From NCBI RefSeq assembly GCF_000014785.1, contig NC_008340.1, positions 1,860,001 through 1,892,000 of the forward strand: a DNA stretch of 32,000 bases, read 5' to 3'. Both the position numbers and the translations under genes were made by a program. Positions 7,698 through 15,883 of this stretch are shown piece by piece (the first letter of the stretch is position 1; every line of letters begins with the position of its first letter). The stretch comes from Alkalilimnicola ehrlichii MLHE-1 (GTDB lineage Bacteria; Pseudomonadota; Gammaproteobacteria; Nitrococcales; Halorhodospiraceae). The notes beneath the pieces are model-generated. The model made no database searches and had not been told where the DNA came from. It worked only from the letters and a program-made list of their open reading frames with translations.

Positions 7698-8927
7698 CTA
7701 CCGGGGCGCCGCCTCCAGCCCGAGCACCCGCGCCTGGTGCCTTCGTCGCAGCCATGCGTCCAACACCACGCCCCCCGCCAACAGCAGGAAGCCGGCCAGC
7801 TCCACGACCAGGCTGTACTGAATGAACAAGGCGTAGAGAATGACCGACACCCCGGTCGCCGCCAGCGCCACAACAGCCCATCGCCCATGCCGGCGCACAC
7901 CGGCAGCCACCGCAGCCAAGGTCAGCAGGGCGAAGGCCGCAATGGCGACCGCCCATGCGCCTTCGTCCACCGCCAGCGAGTAGCCCAGCAGGGGCAGCAG
8001 GGCCAGCGCCGCCAGGGTCCCGTAACAGGACAGCAACGCCAGCAGCAATGCCGCCACGCCGAGAAACCCCCGCCGCCGGAGGGCAGCGAGCCAGTGGCGC
8101 GGGTCCGCGCGCCACAGCCAGCGCTGGAGCGTCGAGGGGGCGGTCGCCGCCCGGCGCATCCCCAGATCCAGCGAGTGGGCGCCGAAGCTCTCCGCGATCT
8201 CCCGCGTCTGGGCGCTGGGACTGTGAGCGAAGTAGTCGTGCCGACGCAAAACCTCGACAGCCTCGAAGCCGGCCTCACGAAACAGATGCAGGAGCTCCTC
8301 ATCCACCGTGGCCCCGACCACGCACTCCACCCAGAGACGGGGGTCCTCCCCGCAATCCACTGTCACGGGCCGCCGGATCACCACGTCGGCCATTTGCAGC
8401 CGCCCCCCAGGTCTCAGGACCCGGAACATCTCGGCGACGGCACGCCGTTTGTCCGGGACTAGGTTCAAGGCCCCGTTGCTGGTGACCACGTCAACACTGC
8501 CGTCGCTCAACGGCAACCGCTCGGCGGAGCCCTGAACCACGGCCACGTTGTCGCACCCCCCCGCCTGCGCGGCGTGATACAGGGTGGCGGTCATCGCCGG
8601 CGTCAGGTCCAGGGCGATCACCCGGCCGGCCGAACCCACCAACCCGGCGGCGATCAGGCTGTCATTCCCGGCCCCCGCCCCGATGTCCAGGACGGTGTCA
8701 CCCGGCCGCACCGCCTCCGCGCGAAAGGGATACCCCACGCCGGCGAAGGCACGCAGGGTCGCCTCCGGCAACCCCTGCAGCCGGGCCGGCGGGTAGCCCA
8801 ACGCCTCTGCGATCTGGCGGCCCACCGGGAAGTGAAAACCACTGGTCGGTGCCCGCGCCACCTGGCTGTACATGTCGCACACGGCGGCACGGATCTGTTC
8901 CCGTGAATACCCCAGCAGCGCGACCAT
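7698..8927 (-). CDS. SAM-dependent methyltransferase (ArsM/AS3MT-like fold, cysteine-depleted) fused to a C-terminal 4-TM MerC-like domain
   Basis: The SAM motif is VLDIGAGAGND. RVLRPGGRL and SNGALNL match ArsM-family blocks. The C-terminal ~130 aa has four hydrophobic helices (GVAALLLALLSCYGTLAALALLPLL, WAVAIAAFALLTLAAVAAGV, WAVVALAATGVSVILYALFI, LVVELAGFLLLAGGVVLDAWL). I prefer the ATG at 8927, which has AGGAGG 6 nt upstream and lies 17 nt after the sigma-factor stop. The MerC assignment rests on architecture only. Confidence 0.75.
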   Translation of the reverse strand: MVALLGYSREQIRAAVCDMYSQVARAPTSGFHFPVGRQIAEALGYPPARLQGLPEATLRAFAGVGYPFRAEAVRPGDTVLDIGAGAGNDSLIAAGLVGSAGRVIALDLTPAMTATLYHAAQAGGCDNVAVVQGSAERLPLSDGSVDVVTSNGALNLVPDKRRAVAEMFRVLRPGGRLQMADVVIRRPVTVDCGEDPRLWVECVVGATVDEELLHLFREAGFEAVEVLRRHDYFAHSPSAQTREIAESFGAHSLDLGMRRAATAPSTLQRWLWRADPRHWLAALRRRGFLGVAALLLALLSCYGTLAALALLPLLGYSLAVDEGAWAVAIAAFALLTLAAVAAGVRRHGRWAVVALAATGVSVILYALFIQYSLVVELAGFLLLAGGVVLDAWLRRRHQARVLGLEAAPR

Positions 8928-8944
8928 CCCCACCTCCTCTCGTC

Positions 8945-9634
8945 TCAGTCACCGGCGCCCGGCTCGCGGCCATTCACCAGGCCCGCGTCGAGGGCATGCT
9001 GCCACAAGGCCTTTTGCAGGCGTGCGCGGCCCCGGCTCAGGCGCGACTGCACCGTGCCCACGGGGATATCGAGCAGTTCGGCCACCTCCCGGTAGCGATA
9101 GCCCTGGACCTCAACCAGGATCACCACCAACCGGTAGTCTTCCGGCAACCCGTCCAGGGCCCGGGCCAGGTCCTCGCGCATCAGCGCACTCAAAAACTGA
9201 TCCCCCTGATGGCCCCACCAGAGCAGGAACGGCTGGTGCAGCCGCTGAAACAGGGAGAAGCTGTCATCGGCGGCGCTTTCGCCGTCCACCTCGGCGTCGA
9301 CGCTGAGCTCCGTCCGATCGCGCCGGCGACGTTGTCGACAGCGGCTGACGAAGACATTGCCCAGGACGTGGAACAGCCAGCCCGCCAGGCACTCAGGGTC
9401 GCGCAGCTGATCCAGTCGGGCCCAGGCCCTGGCCACCGTCTCGGCCACCACCTCCTCGGCCTCGTCAGGGTCGCGGGTGAGTCGGAGCGCAGCGCCGTAC
9501 AGCCGATCCATCAGGCGGCCGATCTCCCGCTCGAAAAGGGCCCGGCGGCGCGTGGAGACCACTGCCGCGCGCCCGCCAGGGGCGGAGGCCTCAGGACCGC
9601 TGCACCGGGTATCGTGCACCCTCTCCGAACACAT
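8945..9634 (-). CDS. ECF-type RNA polymerase sigma-70 family factor with an extended region 2-4 linker
   Basis: Region 2 reads LYGAALRLTRDPDEAEEVVAETVARAWARLDQL...LAGWLFHVLGNVFVSRCR. Region 4 reads LPEDYRLVVILVEVQGYRYREVAELLDIPVGTVQSRLSRGRARL. I prefer the ATG at 9634 because GGAGGAG lies immediately upstream. The track ORF extends to 9721. Confidence 0.85.
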   Translation of the reverse strand: MCSERVHDTRCSGPEASAPGGRAAVVSTRRRALFEREIGRLMDRLYGAALRLTRDPDEAEEVVAETVARAWARLDQLRDPECLAGWLFHVLGNVFVSRCRQRRRRDRTELSVDAEVDGESAADDSFSLFQRLHQPFLLWWGHQGDQFLSALMREDLARALDGLPEDYRLVVILVEVQGYRYREVAELLDIPVGTVQSRLSRGRARLQKALWQHALDAGLVNGREPGAGD

Positions 9635-9751
9635 GGCTCCTCCGGCTGCCACCGGGCATGCGACGACACCGAACGGGGCCGACCCATCGGCAACCGGGTC
9701 GACTGGAATCCACCTGCACAAAGCATGACGGAGGGGCTTGGGGGTGTATTG

Positions 9752-9789
9752 AAAAAAACTGACCTGCCGGGTAAGAAAGGGCCCGTCAG
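9752..9789 (-). terminator. Possible terminator after the anti-sigma gene (weak hairpin plus T7 tract)
   Basis: The minus strand reads CTGAC-GGG-CCCTTTCTTA-CCC-GGCAG-GTCAG followed by TTTTTTT. The stem is interrupted (5+3 bp), but the run of 7 T is unusual in this GC-rich DNA. The hairpin overlaps the TGA stop. Confidence 0.4.
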
Positions 9790-10019
9790 TATTCGTTCAG
9801 CAGATCGTCGATGCGGGCGCGCAGGCGGGCCGGCGCGGGTACGCGGGCCGCCTCCTGGAGCTTTTCGCGCAGCTTGCGCTCGAACTCCGCCCGGCTGTAG
9901 CACTCACGGCATCGGCTCAGGTGACGGTCGATGGCGGCACGGCTCTGCTCACCGAGCTCCCCATCCAGGTAGGCCAGAAGTTGCTCGATCACTTGCTCGC
10001 AGGAGAGTTCCTGTTCCAT
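9786..10019 (-). CDS. Soluble zinc-binding anti-sigma factor (ZAS, zf-HC2; RsrA-like)
   Basis: 77 aa with no TM segment. H33-X3-C37-X2-C40 (DRHLSRCRECY) plus C7 reproduces the C-X26-H-X3-C-X2-C ligand spacing of Streptomyces RsrA (C11, H37, C41, C44). Confidence 0.8.
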   Translation of the reverse strand: MEQELSCEQVIEQLLAYLDGELGEQSRAAIDRHLSRCRECYSRAEFERKLREKLQEAARVPAPARLRARIDDLLNEY

Positions 10020-10155
10020 CGTCTCTGCACCCCGTACCGCCGGGCCGAGGCGCCGGCGAAACCCGATCGCGCGGCGCGGCCTGCTGCAAGCATGAACCAG
10101 ATTCCCGGACCACGCCAGGTAACTTGGCCTGCAAAGGGACCGTGACTACCGGCCC

Positions 10156-10181
10156 GGAACAAAATCGCCGCGGTGGACGTC
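10156..10181 (+). promoter_or_regulatory. Candidate ECF-sigma-dependent promoter GGAAC-N17-CGTC upstream of the second methyltransferase
   Basis: GGAAC lies at 10156-10160, followed by a 17-nt spacer and CGTC at 10178-10181, 56 nt before the ATG at 10237. This matches the generic ECF AAC / CGT promoter architecture. It rests on motif inspection only. Confidence 0.4.
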
Positions 10182-10236
10182 CTTGCGGTCAGCACATCAG
10201 ACCGAGAGCGGGGACACCCCGCGGGAGGATGGCATC

Positions 10237-11022
10237 ATGAGCACGGTAGACGAGCGTACCGGCGTGGACCGTCAGGCCCTGGAGGCCAAGGTCAAGGAGA
10301 TGTACAGCCGGGTGGCCAACGAGCCCGACACCGATTTCCACTTCGAGATGGGGCGCGGCCTGGCCGAGCGGCTGGGCTATCGGCCCGACGATCTGGACCG
10401 CATCCCGAGGGAGGCGGTGGACTCCTTCGCCGGGGTCGGTTACCACCTGGACCTGGCCGGGATCGAGGCGGGCCAGGTCGTGGTGGACCTGGGCAGCGGC
10501 TCGGGAATGGACACCTTCATCGCAGCGCTGAAGGCCCTGCCCGGTGGCCACGTCATCGGCGTGGACATGACCGAGGCCCAGCGGACCAAGGCCAGCCACC
10601 TGGCGGCGACGGCCAGGATCGACAATGTGGAGTTCCGGGAGGGCTATATCGAGACCCCACCCGTCCGGGACGGCAGCGCAGACGTGGTGATCAGCAATGG
10701 CGTCATCAACCTGTCTGCGGAAAAGGAGCGGGTCTTCGCGGAGGCGGCCCGCCTGCTTCGCCCCGGGGGCCGGCTGGCGCTGTCCGATATTGTCACCGAG
10801 GCCCAACTGCCCGGCAGCGTGAAGTGCGACGCCACCTTGTGGGCGGCCTGCATCGGCGGCGCCATGCAACAGGATGATTACCTGGCCGCCATCACCCGGG
10901 CCGCCCTGGAGGTGGCGGAGGTGCGGGCGAACCCGCAGTACCACTTCCTGACCGAGGCGGCCCAGGGGGCCAGCCGCCGCTTTGGCGTCAAAAGCGTGTC
11001 GGTCTTGGCCATCAAACGGTAA
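10237..11022 (+). CDS. SAM-dependent methyltransferase, soluble paralogue of 7698..8927 (ArsM/AS3MT-like, cysteine-depleted)
   Basis: Blocks VKEMYSRVA, FHFEMGRGLAERLGY, VVDLGSGSGMD, DVVISNGVINLS, RLLRPGGRLALSDIV and TLWAACIGGA are colinear with the other paralogue. I prefer the ATG at 10237 because GGGAGGA lies 7 nt upstream. Confidence 0.85.
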   Translation: MSTVDERTGVDRQALEAKVKEMYSRVANEPDTDFHFEMGRGLAERLGYRPDDLDRIPREAVDSFAGVGYHLDLAGIEAGQVVVDLGSGSGMDTFIAALKALPGGHVIGVDMTEAQRTKASHLAATARIDNVEFREGYIETPPVRDGSADVVISNGVINLSAEKERVFAEAARLLRPGGRLALSDIVTEAQLPGSVKCDATLWAACIGGAMQQDDYLAAITRAALEVAEVRANPQYHFLTEAAQGASRRFGVKSVSVLAIKR

Positions 11023-11157
11023 CCCATTTGCCGGCAACGGCGGTGTGCGGCTTCCCCGGGCCGTGCACCGTCCGCTACCCACCTCTGCCGCAGCCACCGG
11101 GCACTTGCTAAAGTGATAGGCATTGTGGACAGATCCACGCCTGGCCTGGGGGCCGAT

Positions 11158-11895
11158 ATGCGTCGACCCAAACTCACGGTGCTCAAGACCGGCTCCACCC
11201 TGCCCGGCCTGCTCAATCGCCGCGGCGACTTCGAGGACTGGATCCGCCAGCCCCTGCTCCGGACCGGGGCCGAGGTGCGGGTGGTGGACGCGCAGGCCGG
11301 TGAGCCCCTGCCACCGCCCGGCCGCCAGGACGGGGTGGTGGTCACCGGCTCGCCCAGCATGGTGTCGCGCCGCGAGCCCTGGAGCGAGGAGGCCGCGGAC
11401 TGGCTGGGCAGTCTGGCGGTGCGGGGCACGCCCATCCCCATTCTCGGGATCTGCTTCGGGCACCAGCTTCTGGCACATGCCCTGGGCGGCGAGGTGGGCC
11501 GCAACCCGGCCGGCCGGGAGATCGGCACGGTGGACGTGGAGTGCCTTGCGGCCGCCGGCGAAGACCCCTTGTTTGGCACCCTGCCCAACCCCTTCGCCGC
11601 CCACGTCACCCACGAGGAGAGCGTACTGACGCTGCCGGCGGAGGCGGTGCACCTGGCCCGCAGTGCCGGTGACCGCCACCAGGCGTTTCGCTGGGGGGAG
11701 TGCGCCTGGGGCGTGCAGTTCCACCCGGAGTTCAACCGCGCGGTGATGTGCGACTACCTGGCCGGACGTCGGCAGCTCCTGCGGGCCGAGGGGCTGGACC
11801 CGCTGGCGCTGTTCCGGAGTGCCCGGGAGACCCCGCAAAGCCACGGGCTGCTGGCGCGATTCACGCAGCTCTGTGCCCAGGTGGAGCTGGACTGA
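11158..11895 (+). CDS. Class-I glutamine amidotransferase (GATase1, GuaA-N-like)
   Basis: The nucleophile elbow is ILGICFGHQLLAHALGG and the His/Glu region is GVQFHPEF. I prefer the ATG at 11158 (MRRPKLTVLKTG) over the GTG at 11113. Confidence 0.8.
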   Translation: MRRPKLTVLKTGSTLPGLLNRRGDFEDWIRQPLLRTGAEVRVVDAQAGEPLPPPGRQDGVVVTGSPSMVSRREPWSEEAADWLGSLAVRGTPIPILGICFGHQLLAHALGGEVGRNPAGREIGTVDVECLAAAGEDPLFGTLPNPFAAHVTHEESVLTLPAEAVHLARSAGDRHQAFRWGECAWGVQFHPEFNRAVMCDYLAGRRQLLRAEGLDPLALFRSARETPQSHGLLARFTQLCAQVELD

Positions 11896-11995
11896 AAGCG
11901 GACCAGCGGTGCACCGGTGCGACCCACCTATTCCCGACCCCGTCGGTATGCTATTAGCCGGCAAGGCCTGTTATCATTAGCGGCCCTTTTTCGCA

Positions 11996-14900
11996 GTGAT
12001 CACGGACCACCACTCCATGACCAGCATCACCCGAATTCGCGAGATCCCTTACAACTACACCTCGTATTCCGACCGTGAGATCGTTATCCGTTTCCTGGGC
12101 GAGGAGGCCTGGGAGCGACTGAACCGCCTGCGCGGGGAGCGCCGTACCGGCATCTCCGCGCGCATGCTGTTCGAGGTGCTAGGGGACCTGTGGGTGGTGT
12201 GTCGCAACCCCTATATTCAGGACGATCTGCTCAAGCACCGCAAACGCCTGGACAACCTGGTGCACGCCATGCACCACCGGTTGGACCAGATCGTCCAACG
12301 CGCTGAAGGCAATCAGGAGGCGCTGAAGCTGGCCGAGGAGGCCCGCAGCGCGGTCAAGCGGTTCGAGGACAGCTTCCCGGCCATGCGTCGACGCCGGGCC
12401 GAGGCCCTCAAGCGTTTCCGCGGCATCACCCGCCGCGACAATATCTGCTTCGACGGCCTGTCCCGGGTCTCCCATGTCACCGACGCCACCGACTGGCGCG
12501 TGGAGCTCCCCTTCGTGGTGCTCTGCCCGGACACCGAAGAGGAGATGGCGCGGCTGGTCCAGGCCTGCTTCGAGCTCGATCTCACCGTGATCCCGCGCGG
12601 TGGCGGCACCGGCTATACCGGGGGCGCCGTGCCCCTGAGCGAGCACTCGGCGGTGATCAACACCGAGAAACTGGAGGGCATCAGCGATGTCATCTGGCGG
12701 GAGCTGCCGGGACGGGACGGCGACAAGGTGCCCACCGTGCGCACGGAGGCCGGCGTGGTCACCCGACGGGTCTCAGACCTGGCCGGCAAGCACGGCCTGG
12801 TCTTCGCCGTCGATCCCACCTCGCAGGATGCCTCCACCATCGGCGGCAACATCGCTATGAACGCCGGTGGCAAGAAGGCGGTGCTCTGGGGAACCACCCT
12901 GGACAACCTGGTCTCCTGGCGCATGGTCACCCCCGACGCCACCTGGCTGGAGGTGGAACGCCTGAACCACAACCTGGGCAAAATCCACGACCAGGAGTGG
13001 GTGCAGTTCCGCGTCACCCGCTACGCCGCCGACAACAAGACCCCGCTCGGCGAGCCGGAGCTGCTCGAGTTCCCCGGCAGCCAGTTCCGCCAGGTGGGCC
13101 TCGGCAAGGACGTCACCGACAAGTTCCTGGGCGGGCTGCCCGGCGTGCAAAAGGAGGGGTGCGACGGGCTGATCACCTCGGGGGTGTTCGTGCTCCACCG
13201 GATGCCTGAGCACATCCGCACCGTCTGCCTGGAGTTCTACGGCAAGGACCTGCGCGAGGCGGTCCCGGCCATTGTCGAGATCAAGGACGACCTGGATGCG
13301 GACGATAAGGTGCTGCTCTCCGGGCTTGAGCACTTGGATGAGCGCTACGTGCGGGCAGTCAAGTACACCCCCAAGGGCACTCGCCGGGAACGGCCCAAGA
13401 TGGTACTGATCGGCGATATCGTCTCCGACGATGAGCAGGCGGTGGCCGCCGCGGCCTCGCGGATGATCCGCCTGGCCAATGCTCGGAATGCGGAGGGCTA
13501 CGTCGCCATCAGCCCCGAGGCCCGGCGCACCTTCTGGGCCGACCGCTCGCGCACCGCCGCCATCGCCGCCCATACCAACGCCTTCAAGATCAACGAGGAC
13601 GTGGTCATCCCGCTGGACAAACTGGCGGAGTACAGCGAAGGCATTGAGCGCATCAACATCGTCCAGTCGCTGCGGAACAAACTGGCCATGACCCGGGCCA
13701 CGCTGGACTACCTGGGCGGGGAGATGCCCGAACTCAAGCGCCTGCCCGATTACGAGGAGAGCGCCGAAGGCGACACCATGCTCGCCGGCAAGATCCGCCT
13801 GGCGCGGGAGCACGTGCAGGCGGTGCATGACCGCTGGAGCGGGATCCTGGCCCACCTGGACGATCCGGTCAGCGACCACCTGGGCCTGCTGGACGACGAC
13901 GCCCGCGCCGATGCCCGCGGTGATGAGGCGCTGGTCCAGCTCATCCTGCGCCACAGCCTGCGGGTGTCCTGGCGCGCCGAGGTGGAGCGGCCGATCAAGG
14001 AGATCTTCCACGGCGCCAGCATGGAGCCGGTGGTGGAGCGCATTGATGCCATCCACGACCAGGTGCTCACCAGCCGCCTGTTCGTGGCCCTGCACATGCA
14101 CGCCGGAGATGGCAACGTGCACACCAACATCCCGGTGAACTCCAACGATTACGAGATGATGCACGAGGCCGATCGCATCGTGGACCAGGTCATGGCCCTG
14201 GCGCGCCGGCTGGGCGGCGTTATCTCCGGCGAGCACGGCATCGGGCTGACAAAAATGCAGTACCTGGATCAGGAGCAGATCGACCGCTTCGCCGAGTACA
14301 AGCAGAAGGTGGACCCCGAACAGCGCTTCAACCGCGGCAAGCTCATGCAGGGCACCAGCCTGGAGCGCGCCTACACCCCGTCGCTGCGCCTGGTCCAGCA
14401 GGAAGCGCTGATCATGGAGCAGAGCGAGCTGGGCGAGCTCAACGACGACATCAAAGACTGCCTGCGCTGCGGCAAATGCAAGCCGGTCTGCACCACCCAT
14501 GTGCCGCGGGCCAACCTGCATTACTCCCCGCGCAACAAGATCCTGGCCACCGGCCTGGTGATTGAGGCGTTCCTGTACGAGGAGCAGACCCGGCGCGGCA
14601 TCTCGCTGGAGCACTTCGCCGAGGCCAACGACATCGCCGACCACTGCACCATCTGCCACCGTTGCGAGAAGCCCTGCCCGGTGAACATCGACTTCGGCGA
14701 TGTCACCATCAAGATGCGCAACATCCTGAAGCAAAGGGGCCAGCGCACCTTCAAGCCCACCAGCATGGCATCCATGGCCTTTCTCAACGCCAAGGACCCG
14801 CGCACCATCGGCGCCATGCGCGAGGGCATGATCCGCTGGGGCTATGGGGCCCAGCGCCTGGCCACCTCGGTGGCGCGCCGGTTGGGCGTGAGTGGGCGCA

Positions 14901-15883
14901 ACAAGGATACGCCCAAGGACCGACCGGCCAAGACCACCGGCAAACCGGACATCCCGGCCCAGGTGGTGCACTTCATGCGCAAACCGATGCCGGATGTGCC
15001 CCGCAAGCCCGCACGCGCCCTGCTCGGTGTGGAGGACAGCAAGTACGTCCCCATCATCCGCGACCCGCAAAAGGCGGACGAGAACGCCGACGCGGTGTTC
15101 TATTTCCCCGGTTGCGGCTCCGAGCGGCTGTTCAGCCAGATCGGGCTGGCTACCCTGGCCATGCTCTACCACGCCGGCGCCCGCACCGTGCTGCCCCCGG
15201 GCTACCTCTGCTGCGGCTACCCGCAGACCGCCGGCGGCGACATCGACAAAGGCAAGGCCATCACCACCGAGAACCGGGTGCTATTCCACCGCGTGGCCAA
15301 CACGCTGAACTACATGGACATCAAGACCGTGGTGGTCTCCTGCGGCACCTGCATGGATCAACTGCTCAAGTACGAGTTCGAGAAGATCTTCCCCGGCGGC
15401 CGGCTGCTGGACATCCACGAGTACCTGATGGAGAAGGGCTACCAGATCGATGGCGTGGACGGGGTGCAGTACATGTACCACTCCCCCTGCCACGAGCCGA
15501 TGAAGGCCTATGACAGTACCAAGGTGGCCAGCACCCTGATGGGCCAGAATGTCCCGCTCAACGACCGCTGCTGTGGCGAGGCCGGCACCTTCGCCATCGA
15601 TCGCCCGGACATCGCCACCCAGGTCCGCTTCCGCAAGGAGGAGGAGATCGCCGGCGGCGCCCGGGAGCTGACCGGCCGGGGGGGCAAGCCGGAGAAGGGT
15701 AAGGTCAAGATGCTCACCTCCTGCCCCGCCTGCCTCCAGGGGCTGTCCCGGTATCGCGATGACACCAACGTGGACGCGGACTACATCGTCATCGAGATGG
15801 CCAGGCACCTGCTGGGTGAGGATTGGCAGCCGGACTTCATCGACCGGGCCAATAGCGGCGGGGTTGAGAAGGTCCTGTTGTGA
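11996..15883 (+). CDS. DUF3683-FAD-linked oxidase-4Fe-4S dicluster-CCG fusion oxidoreductase (GlcD/GlcF- or YdiJ-like, ~1290 aa)
   Basis: The N-terminal [17 protein letters not shown] fits DUF3683. The FAD_binding_4 region reads [16 protein letters not shown]. The oxidase C-terminal part reads [14 protein letters not shown]. There are two CxxCxxCxxxCP motifs ([23 protein letters not shown]) and two CCG motifs (LCCGYP, RCCGEAG). The start is either GTG 11996 or ATG 12017. Confidence 0.9.
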   Translation: MITDHHSMTSITRIREIPYNYTSYSDREIVIRFLGEEAWERLNRLRGERRTGISARMLFEVLGDLWVVCRNPYIQDDLLKHRKRLDNLVHAMHHRLDQIVQRAEGNQEALKLAEEARSAVKRFEDSFPAMRRRRAEALKRFRGITRRDNICFDGLSRVSHVTDATDWRVELPFVVLCPDTEEEMARLVQACFELDLTVIPRGGGTGYTGGAVPLSEHSAVINTEKLEGISDVIWRELPGRDGDKVPTVRTEAGVVTRRVSDLAGKHGLVFAVDPTSQDASTIGGNIAMNAGGKKAVLWGTTLDNLVSWRMVTPDATWLEVERLNHNLGKIHDQEWVQFRVTRYAADNKTPLGEPELLEFPGSQFRQVGLGKDVTDKFLGGLPGVQKEGCDGLITSGVFVLHRMPEHIRTVCLEFYGKDLREAVPAIVEIKDDLDADDKVLLSGLEHLDERYVRAVKYTPKGTRRERPKMVLIGDIVSDDEQAVAAAASRMIRLANARNAEGYVAISPEARRTFWADRSRTAAIAAHTNAFKINEDVVIPLDKLAEYSEGIERINIVQSLRNKLAMTRATLDYLGGEMPELKRLPDYEESAEGDTMLAGKIRLAREHVQAVHDRWSGILAHLDDPVSDHLGLLDDDARADARGDEALVQLILRHSLRVSWRAEVERPIKEIFHGASMEPVVERIDAIHDQVLTSRLFVALHMHAGDGNVHTNIPVNSNDYEMMHEADRIVDQVMALARRLGGVISGEHGIGLTKMQYLDQEQIDRFAEYKQKVDPEQRFNRGKLMQGTSLERAYTPSLRLVQQEALIMEQSELGELNDDIKDCLRCGKCKPVCTTHVPRANLHYSPRNKILATGLVIEAFLYEEQTRRGISLEHFAEANDIADHCTICHRCEKPCPVNIDFGDVTIKMRNILKQRGQRTFKPTSMASMAFLNAKDPRTIGAMREGMIRWGYGAQRLATSVARRLGVSGRNKDTPKDRPAKTTGKPDIPAQVVHFMRKPMPDVPRKPARALLGVEDSKYVPIIRDPQKADENADAVFYFPGCGSERLFSQIGLATLAMLYHAGARTVLPPGYLCCGYPQTAGGDIDKGKAITTENRVLFHRVANTLNYMDIKTVVVSCGTCMDQLLKYEFEKIFPGGRLLDIHEYLMEKGYQIDGVDGVQYMYHSPCHEPMKAYDSTKVASTLMGQNVPLNDRCCGEAGTFAIDRPDIATQVRFRKEEEIAGGARELTGRGGKPEKGKVKMLTSCPACLQGLSRYRDDTNVDADYIVIEMARHLLGEDWQPDFIDRANSGGVEKVLL

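Noticed and set aside
8849-10240. 463-aa plus-strand ORF across the sigma and anti-sigma genes
   Set aside because: The opposite strand encodes proteins with clear sigma-70 region 2/4 and HxxxCxxC motifs and good RBSs. The plus ORF is Arg/Pro/Gly-rich and runs through intergenic DNA.
6616-11022. tRNA-Glu as the integration site of a genomic island carrying the AraC / methyltransferase / ECF cluster
   Set aside because: The cluster lies on the 5' (promoter) side of the tRNA, whereas islands integrate at the 3' end. I see no duplicated tRNA 3' fragment, integrase or visible compositional break.
7698-11022. Annotating the two methyltransferases as bona fide arsenite methyltransferases (an ars operon)
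   Set aside because: Two of the conserved As(III)-binding cysteines are replaced (GVG for GCG, SNG for SNC). No arsR, arsB/acr3 or arsC accompanies them. The regulator is an ECF/ZAS pair rather than ArsR.
10189-11964. 591-aa minus-strand ORF spanning the second methyltransferase and the amidotransferase
   Set aside because: It crosses an intergenic region and two well-supported plus-strand genes, and it has no motifs. It is an antisense shadow.
12773-15172. 799-aa minus-strand ORF inside the DUF3683 oxidoreductase gene
   Set aside because: The plus-strand frame carries FAD-binding, 4Fe-4S and CCG motifs. The minus ORF is low-complexity (G/A/V/L/H/D-rich) with no recognisable domain, which is the typical stop-codon-poor antisense frame of GC-rich DNA.
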